NCBI GenBank assembly: GCA_001824435.1
Contig: MHXH01000018.1
Span: 1,458 to 65,457 of the forward strand
Direction: 5' to 3'
DNA length: 64,000 bases
Source: Parcubacteria group bacterium RIFCSPLOWO2_01_FULL_48_18
GTDB taxonomy: Bacteria > Patescibacteriota > Minisyncoccia > UBA6257 > WO2-01-48-18
The position numbers were made by a program, and so were the translations under genes. Under the pieces are notes generated by a model, which saw only the letters and a list, made by a program, of their open reading frames with translations, was not told where the DNA came from and did not search any database. This document shows positions 49,301-57,148 of this stretch, piece by piece; position 1 is the first letter of the stretch; the number at the start of each line of letters is the position of its first letter.

Positions 49301-50099
49301 CGCTCACGGACTCCTTATAAAAGATGGCGCCAAAATGTCAAAGTCAAAGGGCAATGTCGTGAATCCTGATTTTTATATCAAGGAATTCGGCGCCGATGCG
49401 CTCCGGATGTATCTCATGTTTCTGGGGCCGTTTGAGCAAGGCGGCGATTTTCAGGATCGAGGAATACTGGGGATAACGAGATTTTTAGAAAGAGTGTGGA
49501 ACTTGTGTCAAAAATCCGAAATCCAAAATCCGAAATCCAAAACAAATTCTAATGACAAAAATCAAAATGACAAAAACATTGAAAGGGCCCTACACAAAAC
49601 CGTAAAAAAGGTTACCGAAGATATTGAAAACTTGCATTACAATACTGCAATCAGCGCGCTGATGATTTTGCTCAACGAAATGGAAAAAAACTCTTCTCGC
49701 TTGTCGCTCTTGGCTCTTCGCTCGTTTTTAAAATTGCTTGCTCCGTTTGCGCCGCATATCACCGAAGAATTGTGGTCCCGATTTTTTGATCCCCAAAAAT
49801 TGAAGACCCCCGATTCGCAAAGCGAATCGGGACACAATTCCTCCAAAAAGTATCGATCGGTCCACAAAGAATCGTGGCCCATATACGATCCAGCGTTAAC
49901 CGAGGAAGATACATTCAAGCTGGTCGTACAGGTAAACGGCAGAGTCCGTGATACGATTACCGCGCGAAAGGGAATCTCACAAAAAGAAGCAGAAGCGCTC
50001 GCGCGCACATCAGAGAACGTAATGCGTCACCTCGACAAAAAAGCCGCCAAAAAGATAATCCTTGTTAAGGATCGACTGATCAACTTTGTCCTCCAATAG
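46335..50099 (+). CDS. leuS: Leucyl-tRNA synthetase with inserted alpha/beta-hydrolase and Nudix domains
   Basis: MFPYPSAEGLHVGN (HIGH), FTTRPDT, GTGAIMAVPAHDERD, DWLISRQRYWG, KMSKS, VQVNG; inserts carry LHG...GHSLG and the Nudix box GG.E....AAAREIREETG. Confidence 0.97.
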   Translation: MKKYNFRTIESFWQKEWRTEQIHEPNFSRPQKPFRQALQPRAQGRVARGRPFYNLMMFPYPSAEGLHVGNMYAFTGSDIYGRFKRMQGYDVFEPIGLDGFGIHSENYALKTNQHPMKLAEKSEKNFYRQLRMLGNSFAWNETLETYDPEYYKWTQWILTEMFKRGLMYRKKAAVNWCPSCKTVLADEQVLQKSQVSSPKSQKNSKPQIPNSEQDKENIPYSKFHIPNSKVGACERCETPVVKKELEQWFLKITDYAERLLSDLEKIDWSEKVKIAQRNWIGKSEGAEIDFEIRTKEKPNFVLLHGYTGSPKHNFFPWLKKELEKRGYKVQSPTLPHSDASRANENDDMDAFRKQVELNRNTVLLGHSLGTIVAMKALEKLDYPIRKLALVGGFLEPRFRDHARSFTKTFNWRFNFEKIRTNAGKITILHDPNDRAIPYDQGVKLHDALGGELIEPIPKKSHFCGKEEPEILKYALDRLTVFTTRPDTIFGATYMVLAPEHPLVKNLESGILNLERVKDYIRKTKNKSEEERIADGREKTGVELKGIKAINPANGEEIPVWVADYVLNSVGTGAIMAVPAHDERDFEFAKKYKLPIIEVVEPLFVKTDDIDGVRPGLPLKERSAIVAVVKHWSEDKYLCLKWKKTDWRGFIIGGIEEDEDMAEAAAREIREETGYASARFIRNLGGIVHARFYHAVKNENRWARFHGLYFELADGTREKISDEEKQIHDVVWVDRKEVDHFLDWVTDMRLIWHRVSSPDDFPGRNDIHESSRVNKQGVLACSGEFNGMNSGEAKWKITNFVGGKRGNRYRLRDWLISRQRYWGPPIPLIFCENCANKIKEAPRQARGKFTKGEFENPGWIPVPEKDLPVKLPYVKGFRPRGKGQSPLASVKSFYEVNCPRCGSRARGETDVSDTFLDSSWYYFGYLAKENSKFEILNSKFRGRAKQWLPVDMYIGGAEHSVLHLLYTRFITKVFHDWKLINFNEPFKRFRAHGLLIKDGAKMSKSKGNVVNPDFYIKEFGADALRMYLMFLGPFEQGGDFQDRGILGITRFLERVWNLCQKSEIQNPKSKTNSNDKNQNDKNIERALHKTVKKVTEDIENLHYNTAISALMILLNEMEKNSSRLSLLALRSFLKLLAPFAPHITEELWSRFFDPQKLKTPDSQSESGHNSSKKYRSVHKESWPIYDPALTEEDTFKLVVQVNGRVRDTITARKGISQKEAEALARTSENVMRHLDKKAAKKIILVKDRLINFVLQ

Positions 50100-50200
50100 A
50101 AATCCCGCAGGCAAACTCTATGATGGCCTTAAAAAGATTCCGCCGTGGCGGCGGATGTTCATTTAAAAAGACGCCTGCGCGATGCAGACGAATTTTAAAT

Positions 50201-50581
50201 CTATCCCAACATTCTTTGCCAATAACCGGATACCACTACGTTCATCAGAAGACATAAAAGGATAACTCCGAGCGCCACATACATCGGCCGCTTATCGCCC
50301 GTGACAAGAGTATATCCCTGCGCCAGACTTACGCCGAAAAGAATCGCTGCGCTGACACGAATGTAAAATCCCAGGTAAGGAATCTTTTCATAAAGCGCCA
50401 GCACGGACTTAAGTTCCAAAAAGGCAATTAACTCTTTCGGGAGGCATAAAAACGTAAACGAGGCCGCGGCCAAAAACGCAACCGCCAACAAAAGTAAATC
50501 GTGCAGCAACGCCCCCTGCACAGATTTTACTTCAGCGTATAACTCTTTCCACTGCGGCCACCACTCTTTCAAGCGCTTCAT
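50201..50581 (-). CDS. Hypothetical 3-TM protein, last gene of the AAA-VWA operon
   Basis: ATG 50581 overlaps the VWA gene end; three hydrophobic segments. Confidence 0.65.
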   Translation of the reverse strand: MKRLKEWWPQWKELYAEVKSVQGALLHDLLLLAVAFLAAASFTFLCLPKELIAFLELKSVLALYEKIPYLGFYIRVSAAILFGVSLAQGYTLVTGDKRPMYVALGVILLCLLMNVVVSGYWQRMLG

Positions 50582-51629
50582 CCGGTTTTGTCTCCTTTCT
50601 GATGAGTGTGACCGGCGGCACCTGTATGTATGCATCTGCCACCCCCTTCAAAAACGGCTTCGGGCTGCTTCCGGTAATCACGAAATGAAGCGGAATACCT
50701 CCCAGCGCGATTCGCAGCCCATCCTCGCTAATCGTTTCTTCCAGCTCGCCATCGGTAATTGCAATAATGCCTCTTTCTTCGTCCTTGGATTCGCGCAGGT
50801 CTTTCACGGCTGCCGCGACTGCCGGAAGAAATCGCGTTCCCGTATCCCACTTTGCGGGTATATTCCATTGAAAAACTCGCATTGCAGATTCAAGCGCCTC
50901 TTTTTCGTTACGCGCTACAAAAGGAACAGATGGGACGCCTGCCCAAAATCGCACATAAAACGGGTATTGCCGCTTTTCTATCCATTTCCTGATAATTTGA
51001 AGAGCGATCGCCTTTGCATGAATCTTGTTCACTTCCAGAAAAAGCTGATCCATGGAACCGGAGCCGTCTATAATCAGATACTTGCCCGGAATAATGCCGG
51101 AGGATTCATAGTAGTAAGACGCGGCGGTCTCGTTGCGCGCAAGGCGCTCCCAGAAAACATTTTCCTCGAAAAGGTGTTCGCGCCGAACGAGATGTCGCAG
51201 CTGAGCCGGATTTTCAATTGGCGCAACGATAAACTCTTCGGCCTTGTGCGGAACCCGTTCTTTCCGCGGACTCTCAAAACTATCTAAATCCAGATGATAA
51301 AAACTATACAACAGTTCCAAGTCAGATAAGGTCAGGTACGGACTCAACTGCGCAGCGTTATTCAAATATTGAGTTATCGTTCCTTCCACCATAAGCCCGA
51401 CCTTCCAGCGGCTCAGCTCTTCCGGGCGCAACAAAAAAGTCTTGAACGCGATCGGCGCATCTACGTCTTCCCGCGAACGATTGTTTCGTTCCGAAGGCAT
51501 CGTGGCCGCGACCCTTGCATACAAGGAGGGTGTCCCCGGTCGCGCCGCAATCAAAAGAATCACAAGCAGGATTTCAATTTTCATCCAGAGCTGTACCGTC
51601 GATGCGAAGAGCAATAGCTCTTTTTCCAT
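50532..51629 (-). CDS. VWA-domain protein (ViaA-like partner)
   Basis: MIDAS IIDGSGSM, GT.F, IIAITDG; coupled to the upstream AAA gene. Confidence 0.8.
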   Translation of the reverse strand: MEKELLLFASTVQLWMKIEILLVILLIAARPGTPSLYARVAATMPSERNNRSREDVDAPIAFKTFLLRPEELSRWKVGLMVEGTITQYLNNAAQLSPYLTLSDLELLYSFYHLDLDSFESPRKERVPHKAEEFIVAPIENPAQLRHLVRREHLFEENVFWERLARNETAASYYYESSGIIPGKYLIIDGSGSMDQLFLEVNKIHAKAIALQIIRKWIEKRQYPFYVRFWAGVPSVPFVARNEKEALESAMRVFQWNIPAKWDTGTRFLPAVAAAVKDLRESKDEERGIIAITDGELEETISEDGLRIALGGIPLHFVITGSSPKPFLKGVADAYIQVPPVTLIRKETKPDEALERVVAAVERVIR

Positions 51630-53200
51630 CAGCTTTTCCTGACTTTCTCAAGCGCGGATTGAAACGCCTTCTCTTCCTCTTCCTGTCCCACCACAATCAA
51701 CCCGTATCGGGTTACGGCCAAGTCTTCTGCGGCTACTCGATTACTTTTGCGTAGAAGCGCTTCCGCTTCCAAAAGCCGGCGGCAAACAGCTTCACGCCTA
51801 TCGCTAATGTCAATGCGGCCTTTCCGAAGCGCATCGCACAATGCATGATACTGGTCCAGTATCTCGGGCGGCACCACAATAAAGTCCGGCTTCTCCAAAA
51901 ATCTATTTAACAGCTGCACGTCCTTAAACGATATTTTGTGGGGCGGATTTTGCGTCAGTTGATCGTATGCGCGAGTCTTGTCATGTCGATCAACAATGCG
52001 CTTGCTTTCCGCGGACTGGAGCCGACGAGCACATGAACGCAGCAGGAATCGATCAATCGTCGCATCCAACCGTTTTTCGTGGCGCGAAACTACATAACGC
52101 AAATCTTGATTTGTGGTCGCAATAACACTGTGGAGCGGTAGTCGCTCGAGGTTCTGATTCCCGCGCTGGAAACGCCTAAGAAAAAGAACGCTGTGAAGCT
52201 CTCTCAATAACCGTTCGTCCGCATCCAAAAACTCATCAATACACGCAATGTCCGCGGTTAAGATTGAATTATCGGTCTTCCGGATAAACTCGCCCTCTTC
52301 GCGAAGCCGTTTCACGTCAAAAGGCCCAAACAATTCTTCATCCGAGTACGAACGGCCTATCTGCTGAAACCACAACCGTGCTCCCTCAACCGCTTTCACC
52401 AAAGTAAGCGCCAACGTAGTTTTCACAGTACCCTTCTCGCCGCTGATAAGCGCGTGTTCCTTGAGTAGAAGGCTATAAAGAATTTGCCGCAACAGATCTT
52501 CTCTTTCAGGAAAGTACTCCCGGTATCCCATTACCGATTGCTGAAGCGCCACGACAGCTTTTACAACTCCTGCATTTTCCATTAAAGCAAAATCGCTCTT
52601 CGCGTCATCCGGAACTTCCAGCGAATCCTCTCTAGTTCTTCTCACCTTAACGACCTCCTTCATCTTCGGAACGTGGTTGTTGTTCTGGAGCGAGAGACTC
52701 AAGGCGTTCTGATCAATCGACGCCCTTCTTCTCAAAAACGATACGGCCTGTTGGCGTACTCGTGCATTACGCATCAGGACAAGAAAGACGGCGATGGCCG
52801 CTCCAATAATAACGATGGTAGCTGCCATTCTTAGCGGACCTTGAGGCAGGTTCTGCGACGCAACGTGCAGCCGTCCGATTATGAAATATATCATCCATGC
52901 CGTCCCTGCAAGCAACGCAACTCTCAACACGAAAAACAAAGAAAACAAGGGCGGATTGCGAACTTGCTTCAAAAGAGAAAGGGACGCTAAAATGCCGAGC
53001 CTAGATAAAAACAGCATGGCTCCGAAAGCGGCGGTGGCCCACGATAAAATAAAAAGCCCTCTCGAGTCCACAAGCAACGCAGAGCACCAGGAAAACACGG
53101 AAAATCCTCCAAAACATCCTACCAGCACTATAAATTCCCGGGGTAACGTACGGTAAAAAAGCGCCAGTTCCGTAAACAGCTTTCTCATATCACGCTCCAT
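51629..53200 (-). CDS. MoxR/RavA-type AAA+ ATPase with N-terminal 4-TM region
   Basis: ER..L....L..LL.KEH.L..GEKGTVKT, EELFGP..VK.L..EG.F.R, IACIDE, ATTN, DRF..R, ISDRR. Confidence 0.85.
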   Translation of the reverse strand: MERDMRKLFTELALFYRTLPREFIVLVGCFGGFSVFSWCSALLVDSRGLFILSWATAAFGAMLFLSRLGILASLSLLKQVRNPPLFSLFFVLRVALLAGTAWMIYFIIGRLHVASQNLPQGPLRMAATIVIIGAAIAVFLVLMRNARVRQQAVSFLRRRASIDQNALSLSLQNNNHVPKMKEVVKVRRTREDSLEVPDDAKSDFALMENAGVVKAVVALQQSVMGYREYFPEREDLLRQILYSLLLKEHALISGEKGTVKTTLALTLVKAVEGARLWFQQIGRSYSDEELFGPFDVKRLREEGEFIRKTDNSILTADIACIDEFLDADERLLRELHSVLFLRRFQRGNQNLERLPLHSVIATTNQDLRYVVSRHEKRLDATIDRFLLRSCARRLQSAESKRIVDRHDKTRAYDQLTQNPPHKISFKDVQLLNRFLEKPDFIVVPPEILDQYHALCDALRKGRIDISDRREAVCRRLLEAEALLRKSNRVAAEDLAVTRYGLIVVGQEEEEKAFQSALEKVRKS

Positions 53201-53369
53201 GAGTAAGATATCAAACAGCTACTCTACATGGTACGGGGAAAGAAAATGACAGTCAAACAACCGCACAGGGAGTTGTGTACAACATATGAACATCCATTTG
53301 ACAGACTATGCGACGGCTGGTATCTTGGGAAAGGATCGTTGAGAATGCTCATTGTTCCCGGGGCCCACA

Positions 53370-54581
53370 ATGGCAGACGCCGAAAAGGATCAGCCGAAAT
53401 ACCAGCTTGATTTGCCGCAAGAATTCTTTGACAAGGGCTATGCGTTAATGGGGGAATTCGGCGAGGCGCTCAAAGAGCTGCGCAAATTTCTCAAAACAGG
53501 CCGCCGCGGAGTATGGGCAGGGATGTTCAACTGGATCATCGGACTTACCATTAGCGGCCTCATGCTTCTTTTTTATTTCTCGATCTTTCGCGGAAATGCG
53601 TCCCAATCCCCATACTCAAACTATGCTATGGCACCCGTACAGCTTCATGCGGTTAGCGTACCGGGGGATTCGCTCGGTGCCGCAGGGCTGCTACCCTCGC
53701 CTACCACAGACACAGAAAAAACAGGAACATTCGTATTCATAGACCTGCATGGTGTCATCTCGGATGAACCGCAACAAAACGGACTATTTAGTCAACCGGG
53801 GCTTTCGTTTCTGGATAACGTCCTAGGCCAACTCGGCGCAGCTTCACGCTTACCAGACATTCGCGCAGTCATTCTGCTTATCAACAGTCCCGGCGGCACC
53901 GTATCCGGGTCAGAAAAACTACGCAATGAAATTCTGCGCCTCAAGAAAGCCGGTATTACGGTTATCGCCGCCTATGAAGACCTTGCCGCGTCCGGCGCAA
54001 TATATGCCAGCGTTGACGCCGACTATATTATCGCATCCCGCTCTTCGCTCGTCGGTTCAATCGGAGTTATTTTTTCCTATTTCAATATCAGCGGCTTCAT
54101 GGGCCGCCACGGTCTGAAACTGGAAGTTTTCAAATCAGGCTCCATGAAAGACATGGGTTCGTTTGCCAGGGATCCTACGCAGGAAGAAAGAGCCAGGCTC
54201 GAACAGATCATCAAGGAAGATTTTGACCGCTTCGTGTCTATCGTCATGGAAGGAAGAAATTTGGCCCGGAGCAAGGTGCTCGCGTTTGCCGACGGATCGA
54301 TATTCTCTCCTGCTCAAGCCGTAAACTTTAACCTGATTGACCAAGTAAGTGACGACCCAAGATACGACGCAGCGCTAAAGGCTATGGAACTTACAGGGGT
54401 TAAATATCCGTCGCTGGTCAAACCGCTCCGTAAACTGCCGGGGGTTATCGGCGCGTTTGCTTCAATCATGCGCCCGCCTCGGCAAAAAACCGTTCAAGAA
54501 GAAATCGGAGATATGATTGCTACTGTTCCGACGCTTCGCTACGAGTGGAAGCCGTTCGGCTCCTTCGTAGTAAGTCAATAA
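53370..54581 (+). CDS. sppA: Signal peptide peptidase SppA (S49)
   Basis: INSPGG, AASG, VGSIGV, KSGSMKD. Confidence 0.92.
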   Translation: MADAEKDQPKYQLDLPQEFFDKGYALMGEFGEALKELRKFLKTGRRGVWAGMFNWIIGLTISGLMLLFYFSIFRGNASQSPYSNYAMAPVQLHAVSVPGDSLGAAGLLPSPTTDTEKTGTFVFIDLHGVISDEPQQNGLFSQPGLSFLDNVLGQLGAASRLPDIRAVILLINSPGGTVSGSEKLRNEILRLKKAGITVIAAYEDLAASGAIYASVDADYIIASRSSLVGSIGVIFSYFNISGFMGRHGLKLEVFKSGSMKDMGSFARDPTQEERARLEQIIKEDFDRFVSIVMEGRNLARSKVLAFADGSIFSPAQAVNFNLIDQVSDDPRYDAALKAMELTGVKYPSLVKPLRKLPGVIGAFASIMRPPRQKTVQEEIGDMIATVPTLRYEWKPFGSFVVSQ

Positions 54582-54590
54582 CTTCAAAAC

Positions 54591-54658
54591 GCCTACCGTG
54601 AATCGGTGGGCTGTTTTTTACAAAATCAAAAAAGAGCTCTACGCGAGAGCTCTATTTT
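54591..54658. terminator. Two hairpins between convergent sppA and the membrane-protein pair
   Basis: GCCTACCG-tgaat-CGGTGGGC-TGTTTTTT and AGAGCTCT-acgcg-AGAGCTCT. Confidence 0.6.
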
Positions 54659-54685
54659 CATATTACATAATTTTTAATGCGCTGG

Positions 54686-55387
54686 TTACTTTTTATTCTG
54701 ATCTTTCGGCACCTGGAGGGGTTCCATGGTGCCGCTTTCATACGCTTCGCGCGCCGCAGATGTAAGAACGATCTGATACATCTTCTTCCGCGCAGCTTCC
54801 CCGGTAATCTCGTTCGTCCCGATACGCGCCACGAGGTTATCGCTCGGCAAAAAATTCCGAAGAACAAGATTCCGAATGATGCCTTGCTTGCGCCAGGTAT
54901 CGTATGAACGGAGCTGGTCGAGGAGCTTGTCCTGCATATCTCGGTATCCGGCGCGGCCCGCAATGATGTAATCTTGCAGTTTTCCGAAGTTCGCCATAAG
55001 CTCTTTCACGCCTGCTTCCGGGTACGCTTCGGCAACCGACTTAAACGCCAGCATGAGCGGCGTATTCACGTTCGTGCCGCCACCTACCTGGCTGGGTTCA
55101 TCGTACCGGCCACTCACGGCGTCCTCCAGGACCTGGGAGAGCGCATCGCGAGCCTCCTGCGCAACGCTCGCCTGTTCAAAGAAACCGCTCACATATGCGC
55201 TCAAATAATTCTGGTTGGAAGGATATTGAGCGCTGAGTTGTATTTCCCGGCTGATTCCTTCGTTGCGCGTCGCATTTGCAATGCCGTAAAGCCAGAGGCC
55301 GCCCACGACGAGCGTGCCGAGAACACCGAGAAGTACCGCAAGCCCGACGCCTACTTTTCCGCTGCGGTTACCGCCGATCTGCTTCAT
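54686..55387 (-). CDS. Single-TM helical protein (LemA-like architecture)
   Basis: N-terminal TM then helical region with EAYP...LQ..I.AGR; SD AAGGAGG. Confidence 0.65.
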   Translation of the reverse strand: MKQIGGNRSGKVGVGLAVLLGVLGTLVVGGLWLYGIANATRNEGISREIQLSAQYPSNQNYLSAYVSGFFEQASVAQEARDALSQVLEDAVSGRYDEPSQVGGGTNVNTPLMLAFKSVAEAYPEAGVKELMANFGKLQDYIIAGRAGYRDMQDKLLDQLRSYDTWRKQGIIRNLVLRNFLPSDNLVARIGTNEITGEAARKKMYQIVLTSAAREAYESGTMEPLQVPKDQNKK

Positions 55388-55441
55388 ACACCCTCCTTTT
55401 TGGGGGGGTTGGGGGTTAATTGGAGAGTTGCTGGATTATCG

Positions 55442-56839
55442 TCAGTTTGAACTACGCCACGTTCGCTCGCCCACGCGAACGAAGACAACCCATACGATCA
55501 TACATACAAGGAATGTAACGAACACAATCGCCGCCCTCTGGCCGCCGGTCAACTGAATTTCACTCTTCAGATACAGGAATCCGCCGCCAAAATCATCGAT
55601 GTTATTCGCGGTCATGCTCACGCGCTGAAACTTCGTTGCCGGATTCTTCAACCCCCACAACACGATCTCGAGAACGCCCGTGCCGTGCACGGTACGAATC
55701 TTTGCCCCTGGAAGAAGTTCCGCCCTCATGGAACCGATCACGGAATCCGGATCAAGACGAACGCCCTTCAGGTCGTTCTGCAGCGCAACGAGCATCTGAT
55801 CGTTGCCAAAAGGCATTCCAGTCGTGGCGCGGCCCCAGAGAACGCGTTCACCGTCCTGCGTTCCTAAAACGACAATAATGCTGTTCTTACTCAGGGCATC
55901 TCGTCCGAATACTGTCCGGTTTTGCCAGTGGGCCTTGAGCGCAAGGATATACTCATCCGGGGCCCTCACAATCTCTTCGCTCTTCGCGATGACAAGATGA
56001 AGATCACCCTGCAACTCGGGACCGAGCGCGGCATTCAGGTAATTCAGCGACATCTGCCACGTATTCGCGTTCGAAGGGCGAAACCCGACAAACGATATCT
56101 TGTCTGCCCAATAGAAGTTGTGGATTCCGCTTTGCGGAGAGGGCAACAGGTGTCGCGAAACAAATCGATCGATCTGGCTCGAATACTGTTTCAAAATCGT
56201 AAGATCGCTCGCGAGGATGTAATTCTCATAATTGTTCCGCTTCGTAACCGGTCCTGGCAAGGCCGAGTCGATTCGCGCCTTCGCATCCCTCCAGAAATCC
56301 GGAACGCCTACACCCGCACGATCAATAATGTTCTGCGGGACAGCTTTTTGTTTCCGCCACCGACGAAGATCAGGGTGGTACGGAAAACGGTTCGCCGCAA
56401 TGGTAAAGGGATCCAAGGTGGTATTAACCACAAATGTCCACTCTTCATCACAGTAAGGACAGTCGTGGTAGCATGTATCCCAACAAGTGCTGCAATTTTT
56501 CCCTTCTGAATCGCAATTGCATGGATGCGGATTGCATGGGTAAGAATCGCAGTCGTACTCCCAATAACATGGACCGTCGCGGCTGCACGGGATCTTCTCC
56601 CACACCACGCCGGTTTCCGAACCGTTCCAGTATTCACGGAAGGTGACGTTGTTATTTTTGGCCATACCCCAACCAATCTTTGCGGTAAGGGGTGCCAAAA
56701 CCAAACTGATGACGCTCATGCCGATCGCGTATTCGGTCCACGTAATAGAAAGATAACTGCCATTTCGATCGAGGGTGTATCGGATAATAAGACCGGCGAT
56801 ACCGGCCGCTATAATGCTGCCGAGGATTACGCCGAACAT
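55442..56839 (-). CDS. Membrane protein with Cys-rich extracytoplasmic domain
   Basis: Two N-terminal TM, one C-terminal TM; 11 Cys in ~46 aa (CSRDGPC...CPYC). Confidence 0.8.
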   Translation of the reverse strand: MFGVILGSIIAAGIAGLIIRYTLDRNGSYLSITWTEYAIGMSVISLVLAPLTAKIGWGMAKNNNVTFREYWNGSETGVVWEKIPCSRDGPCYWEYDCDSYPCNPHPCNCDSEGKNCSTCWDTCYHDCPYCDEEWTFVVNTTLDPFTIAANRFPYHPDLRRWRKQKAVPQNIIDRAGVGVPDFWRDAKARIDSALPGPVTKRNNYENYILASDLTILKQYSSQIDRFVSRHLLPSPQSGIHNFYWADKISFVGFRPSNANTWQMSLNYLNAALGPELQGDLHLVIAKSEEIVRAPDEYILALKAHWQNRTVFGRDALSKNSIIVVLGTQDGERVLWGRATTGMPFGNDQMLVALQNDLKGVRLDPDSVIGSMRAELLPGAKIRTVHGTGVLEIVLWGLKNPATKFQRVSMTANNIDDFGGGFLYLKSEIQLTGGQRAAIVFVTFLVCMIVWVVFVRVGERTWRSSN

Positions 56840-57148
56840 AACACATTCCCTCCCTCTGTCGCATCGTTAAATAAGTTTTAAGAATCTAACCCATTATATA
56901 TCCACCGCGGTCCGCCTTGTCAAGTTCGGTCCGGAACCGCAAAGTATTGAAACTATCGAAGAAAGAGGGTACTATACCTGTGTATTAAATCTCCAATTCC
57001 CAATTTCCAAACAAAAAGTTTTAAACCCTAGGTTCTAAATTTCAATGCAATCCGCCTTCGCCAAACCGAATCTTGTTTGGCTTCGACGGATGCTGATTTT
57101 TGCAACCGCTCGCGTAGCGCATATCGTGCGCTCGCGGGCAAAAATCGC

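Noticed and set aside
57042-57148. glmS ribozyme upstream of glmS
   Set aside because: Two hairpins are present, but the conserved core (AGCGCC...GACGAGG) is not; they look like the palindromic elements seen elsewhere in the window.
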